Assembly (NCBI GenBank): GCA_965216875.1
Contig: OZ244207.1
Coordinates: 672,001 to 736,000, forward strand
From: Rubripirellula sp.
Lineage (GTDB): Bacteria > Planctomycetota > Planctomycetia > Pirellulales > Pirellulaceae
Direction: 5' to 3'
DNA: 64,000 nucleotides
A program made the position numbers and the translations under genes. Shown here piece after piece: positions 9,676 to 19,552 of this stretch (its first letter is position 1; every line of letters begins with the position of its first letter). A model generated the notes under the pieces. That model made no database searches. It saw only the letters and a list, made by a program, of their open reading frames with translations, and was not told the DNA's origin.

Positions 9676-10100
9676 CTATGTGAGCCCTTGTTATCGATAC
9701 ACGTTGATTGTCATCACGCTCGAGTTTTTCGACGCGATGAATGTTCTTGTGTCGAATTCGCTGGTGCGACCCGTGCTTTTTGGGTTCGCTTCCTTACGGA
9801 TTCGCACTGAACACTAGGACGCAACAATGACGGTTTGCGACGTCAACGCTTTTTTCAATTAAGTTTTCGCCACGCTGCCGGGGGTGTTACTAACTTGTGA
9901 TCATTACAACCACTACCACCTGATAGGCTTTCGCAGATCGCAGGGTCGTGTTGCGTCAAGACAACGTTGGTTTCGCCGAGACGACGGCCGCAGGTTGGGT
10001 TTGCGAAACATCTTTTGGGGCAAAGGGTGGTGATGTGTGGAAATCGCGTCACCTGACATCACCTTGATGGACTGACCGCCCCGTTGGTCTGGGCTTTGCA

Positions 10101-10952
10101 TTGCAAGACGAGCATCTCGTCGACTTCTCACGCAAGCCCCAGGTTGCTCCTTTGCCTTTCTCTTCGATCAGCCAGCTCGTCGCAGCACGTCGTACCGATT
10201 CGTTTTCAGACAACGGTGGTAACGATTGTGACGACACCTCTAACGACAACGCCAAATCGATCCGCAAGCGGCCGCTGCTGATTCTCTTGTTCGCGTTGAT
10301 CTTGGCTTCGATGGCAAAATCATTGCCGGCCCAGGAAGCGGCGACCATTCAATACGACGGCGCAACCAACATCCGTCTGGATCCCCACCATGTTTCTGGC
10401 GGCGCGGCAATCGCGGCCCCCAACCAACGTCGCCCCGCCTACGTCGAGATGTCCGCGGCGCTTGCCAACTTCGATGCTGACGCCGATCCCGACGGTTGGC
10501 GCGCGGCGGTCGTTGTTCGCGATCGCAACGACCAACCGGTCACCATGCGAGCGACCGCAACGTTTGAATTGAAACCTCGTTTGTGGAGCATCACCGAAGA
10601 CAAACGCATTGGCCATCAAGCGGAGTCGATCAAATGGACACAGCAACTCGTCTTTAATGATGAGGGAATCGCCGAAGTGAAGCTGCCGCTGCGAAAATCA
10701 CTGCGATCGCTCTTGGGATGGCAGGAAGATTCGCGAGCGATGCGTACGACCCTTTTCGGAAGCTCCAACTTTCAATCCACGCGAAAGCGTCGGTCGTTCG
10801 CAACCGCCGATGTTCGGCAAGTGATTGGGACGCCGCGTTACGGACAATTGTCGGTGCGGGTCGCGATTCCGACCGAAGGGGTGTTCGAATCGGTGTCGAC
10901 CGTCGAAATCCGGCCATCAGTCTTGGTTGACACCCAGTGGCCATCTCGATAA
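10101..10952 (+). CDS. Hypothetical exported protein (start uncertain)
   Basis: 283-aa ORF with a signal-peptide-like segment RKRPLLILLFALILASMAKSLPA and a beta-rich body; fills the gap before nusA. Confidence 0.65.
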   Translation: MQDEHLVDFSRKPQVAPLPFSSISQLVAARRTDSFSDNGGNDCDDTSNDNAKSIRKRPLLILLFALILASMAKSLPAQEAATIQYDGATNIRLDPHHVSGGAAIAAPNQRRPAYVEMSAALANFDADADPDGWRAAVVVRDRNDQPVTMRATATFELKPRLWSITEDKRIGHQAESIKWTQQLVFNDEGIAEVKLPLRKSLRSLLGWQEDSRAMRTTLFGSSNFQSTRKRRSFATADVRQVIGTPRYGQLSVRVAIPTEGVFESVSTVEIRPSVLVDTQWPSR

Positions 10953-10978
10953 GTTCACAGTTCAATCGAGCAATCTTT

Positions 10979-11012
10979 TGCCCGGGCCTGCCAAGGTTCG
11001 GGCAGTTTTTTT
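10979..11012 (+). terminator. Intrinsic terminator-like hairpin just upstream of nusA
   Basis: TGCCCGGGCC-TGCCAA-GGTTCGGGCA stem-loop followed by GTTTTTTT. Confidence 0.7.
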
Positions 11013-11067
11013 ATTTGCTCGCCACAGCACGACCCTTGTCATCGCCCGCTTGCGGGAGGCGGCCGAC

Positions 11068-12558
11068 ATGAATCCACAAGACATCCTTCGCTACGTTGAT
11101 TCGCTCCACCGTGAGAAGAATATCGATAAAGAGCTGGTCTTTATCGCGATTGAATCAGCACTTTTGACCGCCGCCAAACGGCAATATGGCGAAGAAGCGG
11201 ATATCGTCGTCCAGCTTGACCGCGACAGCGGCCGAATCTCGGCTGCCCTCAATGGCGAGCCGCTCGGTGAAGACCAGATTGGTCGAATTGGTGCCCAAAC
11301 CGCCAAACAAGTCATCATTCAAAAGGTCAAAGAGGCTGAACGCGATTCGTTGATGAACGAATACCGTGATCAGATCGGCCAGATCGTCAGCGGCATCATC
11401 GGGCGAGTCGATGGCGGCGTCGCCACCGTCAACCTCGGTAACGTCGAAGCGATCTTGCCTCGCAGCGAGCAGATCCCAGGGGAAACCCTTCATGCCAGCG
11501 AGCGAGTGCGTGCGGTTGTCTTTGAAGTTCGAGCGACCGGCAACCGCGTTCGAGTCGTCCTCAGTCGAACACGCCGCCAATTGGTCCAACGTCTCTTCGA
11601 GCAAGAGATCCCCGAGCTGAGCGACGAGATCATTTCGATCAATTCGATCAGTCGAGAGCCCGGTTACCGCAGCAAGGTTGCCGTCAGCAGCGTCGACACC
11701 CAAGTCGACCCGATCGCCGTTTGCGTCGGCTACCGCGGCAGCCGTATCAAAGCGGTTCGCGAAGAACTTGCAGGCGAGCACATCGATGTGGTCCGCTTCA
11801 GCGATGACCCCGAAGTCCTGATTCCAAACGCGCTGCAACCAGCCGAAGTAGAGCAGGTCTTGCTCTGTGACATGATTGGCCGAGCCATCGTTCTGGTCCA
11901 GGAAGATCAGCTTTCACTCGCTATCGGCCGTCGCGGCCAAAATGTCCGCCTCGCCAGCAAACTGTGCAGCTGGGACATCGAAATCATGACCAACAGCGAG
12001 CTCGAAGAACAAATCGAGCGAGCGGTGACCGGATTCAGCCAAATTGATGGTGTGACCGAGGAAATCGCCCAAGCGTTGGTCGAGCAAGGATACCTTTCCT
12101 ACGACGACCTTTCGGTGATTGAACCCGACGCATTCATGGAGCTGAGCGGGCTGTCGGCCGAAGCAGTGGATCAAATCGTCGAAGTCGCTGAAACCAAAGC
12201 GGAAGAGGCCGAAGAGGCTGCAGCCGAAGAGCGTCGCCAACGCCGCGAACGCGAAAAAGAGCAGGCAGAATCTGGCCAACCGGCCGAACCCGCAGCTGCC
12301 CAGCAGGGTCCCTCAGAGCAGCCTGAAGCGGCGGCCGCGGGCGCAGAGCCAGCTGCCGAGGCTTCCGGAGAACCAGCTGAGCCAACCGCTGAGGCAGCCC
12401 CCGAAGCTGAGACTGAAGCTGCGGCTGAGACTGAAACGCCGGCCGAAGCCGAAGCTCCCGCGGAAACTGGGGCTGAAGCCGCCCAAGAGAGCGCTGGCGA
12501 AGAAAGTAGTGAGACGGTTGATTCGGAGTCCGAGTCGGCCGCTTCAGAGAAGAGTTAA
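11068..12558 (+). CDS. nusA: Transcription termination/antitermination factor NusA
   Basis: GRIGAQTAKQVIIQK, S1 domain, REPGYRSKVAV, ELAGEHIDVV, SLAIGRRGQNVRLASKL; ATG 11068 is preceded by GGGAGG. Confidence 0.97.
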   Translation: MNPQDILRYVDSLHREKNIDKELVFIAIESALLTAAKRQYGEEADIVVQLDRDSGRISAALNGEPLGEDQIGRIGAQTAKQVIIQKVKEAERDSLMNEYRDQIGQIVSGIIGRVDGGVATVNLGNVEAILPRSEQIPGETLHASERVRAVVFEVRATGNRVRVVLSRTRRQLVQRLFEQEIPELSDEIISINSISREPGYRSKVAVSSVDTQVDPIAVCVGYRGSRIKAVREELAGEHIDVVRFSDDPEVLIPNALQPAEVEQVLLCDMIGRAIVLVQEDQLSLAIGRRGQNVRLASKLCSWDIEIMTNSELEEQIERAVTGFSQIDGVTEEIAQALVEQGYLSYDDLSVIEPDAFMELSGLSAEAVDQIVEVAETKAEEAEEAAAEERRQRREREKEQAESGQPAEPAAAQQGPSEQPEAAAAGAEPAAEASGEPAEPTAEAAPEAETEAAAETETPAEAEAPAETGAEAAQESAGEESSETVDSESESAASEKS

Positions 12559-13045
12559 TTCCCTAAATGCCTGACGCTGTAGCTTTTTGGGGGCCGATTC
12601 CGGCTGAAGCTGCCAGCAAAGGTGCTTTGATTGAACCGTAAGGGAGCACCTGCCTCGATCAGGCACGATCTCGAGCTCAAGTGAAAGCATGAAAGAGGCT
12701 TCACCGATCGAGCTGCGAGGGGGTGGAACTGGCGAAACTTTTCGCCACGCCCCACTGACTCCACCAGGATTTTCGTTATCGTAGTGGAAAGTAATGGGTT
12801 ATTTGGAAGGTTGGGCCATCAAGATCCAGCCACCGATGACCGTTTAGATACCATCCCCGACGTGGTCGGCACCGAAGCCAGCCGCGGCGATGGAGGAATA
12901 GTTTATGTGATTTGAACCGAAGAAGAGAATTCTGGAGTGACGTTTCCCAAAACCCATTCTTTCAATCCAGATCAGCGAGCCGCCTCGGCAGCTTGATCAC
13001 GCTTGCTCGCAGAATTCCAAACAAGTTTGACAGGACCTTCACCCC

Positions 13046-15922
13046 GTGCCCGCACGCATTTACGCGCTCGCAAAAGAACTCAACGTCGACAGTAAAGATC
13101 TCGTCGACATCGTCAAGAAAGTCGGAATCACCGGCAAAGGCTCGGCGCTGGCAAGTCTCACCGACGACGAAGCTCAGCGCGTTCGTGATCACTTAGGCTC
13201 TGCGTCTGAGTCTTCTCCCAAGCCTTCTGATGACAAGCCGATCGGTGCTGTGCGCGACGCCATGCCGCGACAGCGCAAACAAATCTCCATTGGTCGTTCC
13301 TCTGGGCGTTCCAAACAGGTTGCCGAAGCTGCTCCAGCTCCAACCGAAACCCCCGTCGAGGAATCACCCGTGCAGGAAACGGCTCCGGAACACAGTCGGC
13401 CGGCCCCCGAAGAACCAGCCGCAACACCAGCGCCGGCCGCTGAAGCTCCCGCTTCGCCGCCGAAACGAAAACCGGGCGGACTCGGTGGACGTATCGCGGG
13501 ACGCATGGGACGCAAGTCCGGGGAATCATCGGCACCGATTCGATCCGACAACTTGGTCGGTGGTGGCGGAGGCGGAAAGGTCCGCTCGCTTGATCGTCCA
13601 GCCGCAGGCGGCAATGGTGGCGAACGCAAGCCAGCAGAAAACAAAGGCAAACGACGCGAGCCGCGAATCAACGTCAAGATGGCCTCGCTTCCCGAGACGG
13701 CTCAGCCAAAGCCAACCAAATCGAAGTCGGGCGAACCGAAGGCACAAAAGCCAGACATCAAGCTTTCCAAAGATGTCATTCAAGGGCACAAGCAGGGCAT
13801 GAAGGCTCCGCTTGAACAACTCGCCCAAGAAGAGACCGAAAAGAAACGTGGCGGCGGAAAACGCGCCGGTAACGCCGCGGCTGGTGGTGGCGGTGGTGCT
13901 GCGGGCGGCCTAAGCGGTTTCACCGGTGACAAGGCCAAACGCGGCAAAGGCGGCGAAGAGGAAGAAAAGCCACGTCGCAAAGGGATCGCTGGAATGGCGA
14001 GTGCTCGTGCCGAGCGTTCGCGCGGAAAACAGCGTCGCATCAGCCTGGATCAACAGTCTTACGGCTCACGCCAATCGACGCGTCATCGACATCAACAACG
14101 GCGCAAAGGCGTCAACACGGCAGCCCCTCGAAAGGACACCGTCTCACTCGAGTTGCCATGTACCATTCGTAGCTTCTCGGAAGCCGCGGGTGTTCCTGCA
14201 GCCCAGGTCCTTCGCGTCCTGCTTGGCATGCAGATGATGTGCAACATCAACTCCGAGCTTGAATTAGAAACGGCTGAAATGATTGCCGCCGAGCTCGACT
14301 TGACGATCGAGCTGAAGGCATCGGAAACACTCGAAGACTCGCTCATCACTGGCCTGGAAGAGCAAGAAGACGATCCCGATTCGCTGCTTCCACGTGCACC
14401 GATCGTGACCTTCCTTGGTCACGTCGACCACGGGAAAACGAGTTTGCTTGACTACCTGATTGGCATTGATGTTGTCAGTGGTGAAGCGGGCGGGATTACC
14501 CAACACATTCGTGCCTACGAAGTCGAAAAGGATGGCCGCAAAGTCACCTTTGTCGACACGCCTGGTCACGAAGCCTTTACCGAAATGCGTGCTCGCGGTG
14601 CCAACGTCACCGACATCGCCGTCCTTGTCGTCGCCGCCGACGACGGAATCATGCCGCAAACCGAAGAAGCGATCAGCCACGCCAAAGCGGCAGAAGTGCC
14701 GATCGTGGTTGCGATGAACAAGATCGACCTCGAAGGGGTCGATACCAATCGCGTTTTGACGCAGCTTACCGAGTATCAATTGACCCCTAGCCAATGGGGT
14801 GGTGATGTCGAAGTCGTCGGCACCAGTGCGATCAAAGGCACCGGGATGGACGAACTGCTCGAAACGTTGCTGACCGTTGCAGAGCTTCATGAATACAAGG
14901 CCAACCCTGACCGTGAAGCGATTGGGGTTTGCTTGGAAGCCGAACAGCAAGGCGACCGAGGTGTGGTTGCCAAACTCATCGTCCAAAACGGAACGATGAA
15001 GGTTGGCGACATCCTCGTTTGTGGTGCCGCCCATGGTCGCGTCCGAGCAATGACCGACACACTGACTGGCAAACCAATCAAGGAAGCGGGACCAAGCACG
15101 CCTGTCAACTTGATGGGTCTGGATATCGCACCGGGTGCTGGCGACCGATTCCATGTCCTTAGCGACATCGGTCAAGCACGCGAAATCGCCGAAAGCCGCG
15201 CACACGCTTCGAGCCAGGAAAGCTTGGCGGGCAACACGACTCAGGTTTCCTTCGTCGACTTCCAAACCATGTTGCAGGAAGGCCGCCTTGGTCAGCAAGA
15301 AGAGAAGGTCAAGCTGAACCTGATCGTTCGTGCCGATGTGAAGGGTTCACTCGAAGCGATCGAAAAAGAGCTGAGCAAGTTCGAGCATCCAGAGGTCGAA
15401 CTGAAAGTGCTGCAACGCAGCGTCGGTGGTGTCACGCTTGCTGATGTCACGCTCGCTTCGGCGTCCGATGCGGTCGTCGTTGCCTTTAACGTGATCCCGG
15501 ATGAACAAGCTCGGTCACTTGCCGAAGAACGCAGTGTTGAAGTCCGGCGTTACGAGGTGATCTATAAGCTGACCGACGACATCAAAGCGATGATCGAAGG
15601 CCGGCTCAAACCTGAAGAGCGAGTCGTCGAGCTTGGCCGCGCCCTGGTCAAGCAAGTCTTCAGCATCAGCCGCGTCGGAACCATCGCTGGTTGCTACGTT
15701 TCGAACGGATCGATCCAACGTGGTTGTCGAATTCGTGTCCACCGCGATGGTCGCACGATTGGCGACTACCCTCTCGATTCACTCAAGCGAATCAAAGAGG
15801 ACGTCAAAGAAGTGCCGCGCGGGATGGAATGCGGTATTCGACTGCAAGGCTTCAACGACATCAAACAGGACGACCTGTTGGAAGCGTACCGCATCGAAGA
15901 AGTCGCCAGGACGCTCGACTAA
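13046..15922 (+). CDS. infB: Translation initiation factor IF-2
   Basis: [10 protein letters not shown]-terminus, [34 protein letters not shown]-terminal [11 protein letters not shown]. Confidence 0.98.
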   Translation: MPARIYALAKELNVDSKDLVDIVKKVGITGKGSALASLTDDEAQRVRDHLGSASESSPKPSDDKPIGAVRDAMPRQRKQISIGRSSGRSKQVAEAAPAPTETPVEESPVQETAPEHSRPAPEEPAATPAPAAEAPASPPKRKPGGLGGRIAGRMGRKSGESSAPIRSDNLVGGGGGGKVRSLDRPAAGGNGGERKPAENKGKRREPRINVKMASLPETAQPKPTKSKSGEPKAQKPDIKLSKDVIQGHKQGMKAPLEQLAQEETEKKRGGGKRAGNAAAGGGGGAAGGLSGFTGDKAKRGKGGEEEEKPRRKGIAGMASARAERSRGKQRRISLDQQSYGSRQSTRHRHQQRRKGVNTAAPRKDTVSLELPCTIRSFSEAAGVPAAQVLRVLLGMQMMCNINSELELETAEMIAAELDLTIELKASETLEDSLITGLEEQEDDPDSLLPRAPIVTFLGHVDHGKTSLLDYLIGIDVVSGEAGGITQHIRAYEVEKDGRKVTFVDTPGHEAFTEMRARGANVTDIAVLVVAADDGIMPQTEEAISHAKAAEVPIVVAMNKIDLEGVDTNRVLTQLTEYQLTPSQWGGDVEVVGTSAIKGTGMDELLETLLTVAELHEYKANPDREAIGVCLEAEQQGDRGVVAKLIVQNGTMKVGDILVCGAAHGRVRAMTDTLTGKPIKEAGPSTPVNLMGLDIAPGAGDRFHVLSDIGQAREIAESRAHASSQESLAGNTTQVSFVDFQTMLQEGRLGQQEEKVKLNLIVRADVKGSLEAIEKELSKFEHPEVELKVLQRSVGGVTLADVTLASASDAVVVAFNVIPDEQARSLAEERSVEVRRYEVIYKLTDDIKAMIEGRLKPEERVVELGRALVKQVFSISRVGTIAGCYVSNGSIQRGCRIRVHRDGRTIGDYPLDSLKRIKEDVKEVPRGMECGIRLQGFNDIKQDDLLEAYRIEEVARTLD

Positions 15923-16044
15923 CCGGATGCCCACGAACAAGGCGACCTGTCGTCGCCGTGTTCCACTGCCCTACGCCACTTTATTTCTGATGGAGTGGCC
16001 CGGCACCATCGAATCCCCTACCCTCGCCACTACATCCCAATACC

Positions 16045-16512
16045 GTGTCTAGTCGTCGATTGCTGAAAGCTGCTGAAGCGATTCGCGAAGTCGTTGCGTC
16101 CTCGATTTTGACCGAGCTGCGCGACCCTCGCGTGCGTGACGTGACTGTCGTGGGAGTGAAGGTTAGCCCGGATATGCGCGAAGCTAAGGTTTCGGTCAGC
16201 ATCATGGGCGATGAAAACCAGCAGCAGTTATCGCTTCGGGGACTGCAAAACGCGGCTGGATTCTTGCAAAGCAAGATCGCCAGCCGCATCGATAGCCGCT
16301 ACACGCCGCGGCTTCTCTTTGTGATCGACAAAGGTGTCCAACACTCGCTTTTGGTGGGCGAGATCTTGGAGAAAATCCGGCGTGAAAAAGAACCACCCGC
16401 TGATGGCGATGACGAGACCGAATCCGACAACGATTCGGTCGCTTCGAAAGTCGCCTCGGCAGAGCACGGGGAAGCATTGGACGATCCTGATTCCACGGAT
16501 GCGAGCTTCTAA
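16045..16512 (+). CDS. rbfA: 30S ribosome-binding factor RbfA
   Basis: LRDPRV, VSPDMREAKV, RYTPRLLF motifs; canonical position after infB. Confidence 0.95.
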   Translation: MSSRRLLKAAEAIREVVASSILTELRDPRVRDVTVVGVKVSPDMREAKVSVSIMGDENQQQLSLRGLQNAAGFLQSKIASRIDSRYTPRLLFVIDKGVQHSLLVGEILEKIRREKEPPADGDDETESDNDSVASKVASAEHGEALDDPDSTDASF

Positions 16513-16559
16513 CACGCTAAATACAACACGCATTCACCCTTATACCCGTCTGCAACAAG

Positions 16560-17732
16560 ATGTCTGCATCGAACCGCGCCACGCTGATTGGCAAACTGCA
16601 CACCGCACTCAAAAAACACTACAAAGTCGCCCCCGCTCAACCCACTCGCCCGCTCCTTGAACACGTCCTGTACGCCTCGTTGCTACAGGATGCACCAGCC
16701 GAACTGGCTGACGAAGGGATGGCGAAATGTGAGCAAGACTTTTTCGACTGGAACGAAGTTCGCGTCACCACCGTGACCGAATTGTCGCAAGTCCTCTCTC
16801 GCTTGCCCGAACCCGTCAAAGCCGCTCAACGTCTCAAGAGTAACCTGCAGGCGATCTTTGAAGAGTTCTACACCTTCGATCTTGATCACCTGAAGAAAGA
16901 GAACCTCGGCAAAGCGATTGCCAAGTTCGAAAAGATGCCTGGCATGACCCCGTTCGTGCTGAACTACACCGTTCAACATGGCCTCGGCGGACACGCGATC
17001 CCTGTCGATTACTCGGCAATGGTGGTGATGCTCTCGACCGGCATCGCAACACAAGCCGAAGCGATGGCCGGTAAGGTTCCCGGTCTCGAGCGAGCAATCC
17101 CCAAAAGCAAAGGGATTGAGTTCGCCGGACTGCTGCATCAATGCGGCATCGCACTGAACAAGAGCCCCAAAGACAAAAAGGGACGAGCCGTTCTCGATGG
17201 CGTTGCCAAAGGCTCTAGCAAACAACTCGACGATTGGTTGGCCAGCAAGAAAGCGGCAAAGAAGCGGGCTGTAAAACGCAAAGCCGAAGAGAAGAAAGCG
17301 GCCGAAGTCGCCAAGGCCGAAGCCGAAGCACTCGCGCGTGAAAAAGAAGCTGCTGCGGCTGCCAAGAAAGCGAAGAAAGCCGCGAAGGCAGCTCCGGTAA
17401 AGAAGACGCCAGAGAAGAAAGCACCCGAGAAAAAGGTCGAAGAAAAACCTGTAGCCAAGAAGGCTGCGGCAAAGAAAGAGGCACCCGCCAAAAAGGCCGC
17501 CGCCAAGAAAACACCTTCGAAAAAGTCGGCACCCGCAAAGAAAGCTCCGGTAAAGCCAGCCAAGAAAAAGGCGACCAAGGCTGCGAAGAAAACAACCAAG
17601 AAGAAGACGGCAAGCAAAAAGTCGGCTCCAGCCGCAAAGCCTGCCAAGAAGAAAGCGGCGAAAGCCAAACCAGCCAAGAAGGCGACCAAAAAGACATCCA
17701 GTCGAAAGTTGACCAAACGCAAGCCTCGCTAG
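16560..17732 (+). CDS. HhH-GPD (EndoIII-like) fold protein with a histone-H1-like Lys/Ala/Pro-rich C-terminal tail
   Basis: N-terminal ~200 aa with FFDWNEVRV, HhH-like FEKMPGMTPFV and GHAIPVD; C-terminal ~160 aa of PAKK/AAKK repeats. Confidence 0.75.
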   Translation: MSASNRATLIGKLHTALKKHYKVAPAQPTRPLLEHVLYASLLQDAPAELADEGMAKCEQDFFDWNEVRVTTVTELSQVLSRLPEPVKAAQRLKSNLQAIFEEFYTFDLDHLKKENLGKAIAKFEKMPGMTPFVLNYTVQHGLGGHAIPVDYSAMVVMLSTGIATQAEAMAGKVPGLERAIPKSKGIEFAGLLHQCGIALNKSPKDKKGRAVLDGVAKGSSKQLDDWLASKKAAKKRAVKRKAEEKKAAEVAKAEAEALAREKEAAAAAKKAKKAAKAAPVKKTPEKKAPEKKVEEKPVAKKAAAKKEAPAKKAAAKKTPSKKSAPAKKAPVKPAKKKATKAAKKTTKKKTASKKSAPAAKPAKKKAAKAKPAKKATKKTSSRKLTKRKPR

Positions 17733-17793
17733 GGCACGACTTCGTCAACACCCTTCGTACTCCTTTCATTCCTCCTTTCGTTTTCGATCGATC

Positions 17794-18534
17794 ATGGCAG
17801 GCCATTCAAAATGGGCAAACATCCAGCACCGCAAAGGGCGCGTGGATGCACAGCGTGGAAAGCTGTGGAGCAAGCTGAGTAAAGCGATCATTGTCGCCGC
17901 CAAATCGGGCGGTGGCGATCCCGATGCAAACGTCAAGTTGCGCAAAGCCATTGACGATGCCAAAGCCGTCAGCATGCCCAAGGACAACATCCAACGTGCG
18001 ATCAAGCGCGGAACGGGTGAGCTCGATGGGGGCAACGTCGAGGAAGTGATCTACGAAGGCTACGGCCCCGGTGGCGTCGCTGTCATGTGCGAAGCGTTGA
18101 CCGATAACCGAAACCGTACCGGCCCGGAACTGCGTTCGATCTTTTCCAAACTCGGTGGCGAAGTTGGTAAAACCGGCTGCGTGTCCTACTTGTTCGATCG
18201 CAAAGGCATGTTCCTCTTTCCAGGCGACTGTGACGAGGAGAAGGTGACCGAGATCGCACTCGAAGGGGGCGCCGAAGATGTTGATTCAGTGGATGACAAA
18301 CTGCAAGTCACCTGTTCGCCCGATGCCTTTCACGAAGTCGCTGAAGCCTTCAAACAGGCCGAGCTCGATGCGGAAGTGAGCGAAGTCACCCGGATCGCAC
18401 AAACCACCGTCGACCTTGATGCCGATACCGCAAAGAAGGTCATCAAGCTGCTTCAACACCTGGATGACCACGAAGACATCCAAACGGTCAGCAGCAATCT
18501 GAACATCACCGACGAGATGATCGAAGACGCGTAG
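17794..18534 (+). CDS. yebC: YebC/PmpR family protein
   Basis: MAGHSKWANIQHRKG, MPKDNIQRAI, YEGYGPGG, TDNRNRT, DDHEDIQ. Confidence 0.97.
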   Translation: MAGHSKWANIQHRKGRVDAQRGKLWSKLSKAIIVAAKSGGGDPDANVKLRKAIDDAKAVSMPKDNIQRAIKRGTGELDGGNVEEVIYEGYGPGGVAVMCEALTDNRNRTGPELRSIFSKLGGEVGKTGCVSYLFDRKGMFLFPGDCDEEKVTEIALEGGAEDVDSVDDKLQVTCSPDAFHEVAEAFKQAELDAEVSEVTRIAQTTVDLDADTAKKVIKLLQHLDDHEDIQTVSSNLNITDEMIEDA

Positions 18535-18556
18535 GGGAAGCCGTTTCTCGGCTTTC

Positions 18557-18631
18557 CTCGTGACCCCGCTCTGCGTGGTCACGCGTTCTTCGGACGCTCC
18601 GCGTCCTCCCCGCCTACGCGATCGCGGCTCA
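18557..18631. repeat. REP-like hairpins preceding the tandem array
   Basis: CTCGTGACCCCGCTCTGCGTGGTCACG...GGACGCTCCGCGTCC matches 28978-29025; CCGCCTACGCGATCGCGGCTCA matches 36462-36484. Confidence 0.75.
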
Positions 18632-19526
18632 GGTGGATAAGGCCCGACGCTATCGCGTTCGGCTCACAGGAGTGCGCATCCGTAGCTACCTTCGCCAGAG
18701 GGTGGAATGTGCTGAGTAAGGTGATCAACCACACCACGCTCTGGCGAGCGTAGCTACGGTGGATATGGCCCGACGCTATCGCGTTCGGCTCACTGGAGTG
18801 CGCGTCCGTAGCTACCTTCGCCAGAAGGTGGGATGTGCTGTGTAAGGTGATCAACCACACCACGCTCTGGCGAGCGTAGCTACGGTGGGTAAAGCCCGAC
18901 GCTAGCGCGTTCGGCTCACTGGAGTGCGCGTCCGTAGCTACCTTCGCCAGAAGGTGGAATGTGCTGAGAAGGGTGATCAACCACACCACGCTCTGGCGAG
19001 CGTAGCTACGCTGGATAAGGCCCGACGCTAGCGCGTTCGGCTCACTGGAGTGCGCGTTCGTAGCTACCTTCGCCAGAAGGTGGAATGTGCTGAGAAGGGT
19101 GATCAACCACACCACGCTCTGGCGAGCGTAGCTACGGTGGGTAAGGCCCGACGCTAGCGCGTTCGGCTCACAGGAGTGCGCATCCGTAGCTACCTTCGCC
19201 AGAAGGTGGGATGTGCTGTGTAAGGTGATCAACCACACCACGCTCTGGCGAGCGTAGCTACGGTGGATAAGGCCCAACGCTAGCTAGCGCGTTCGGCTCA
19301 CAGGAGTGCGCATCCGTAGCTACCTTCGCCAGAAGGTGGAATGTGCTGAGAAGGGTGATCAACCACACCACGCTCTGGCGAGCGTAGCTACGCTGGATAA
19401 GGCCCGACGCTAGCGCGTTCGGCTCACTGGAGTGCGCGTCCGTAGCTACCTTCGCCAGAAGGTGGAATGTGCTGTGTAAGGTGATCGACCATCACCACGT
19501 TCTGGCGAGCGTTGTTACGGTGGATT
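18632..19526. repeat. Tandem array of seven 126-bp BIME-like units built from REP palindromes
   Basis: CGTAGCTACCTTCGCCAGA recurs at 18681, 18807, 18933, 19059, 19185, 19315 and 19441 (period 126; one 130 due to a TAGC duplication). Each unit carries the inverted arm CCACGCTCTGGCGAGCGTAGCTACG (degenerate in the last unit). Confidence 0.97.
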
Positions 19527-19552
19527 GGGCAGATTGTCATGCGGAGCATGAC

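Noticed and set aside
10825..11067. N-terminal extension of NusA, and similar extensions for the rimI, LarA, pilN-like, FKBP and PVC cytochrome ORFs
   Set aside because: Downstream starts have better RBS or overlap context and match where family similarity begins; the nusA extension overlaps another gene and a terminator.
17138..17722. Hydrophobic Phe/Ala/Leu-rich membrane protein ORF
   Set aside because: It is the antisense reading of the Lys/Ala-rich tail codons.
18579..19277. 232-aa repeat protein ORF
   Set aside because: It arises because 126 is divisible by 3. The frame is broken by the 4-bp duplication in unit 6, and the sequence is made of REP palindromes found elsewhere in non-coding DNA.
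18632..19526. CRISPR or guide-RNA array
   Set aside because: Units are near-identical along their whole length with only recurring SNPs; there are no unique spacers and no cas-like or other effector gene nearby.
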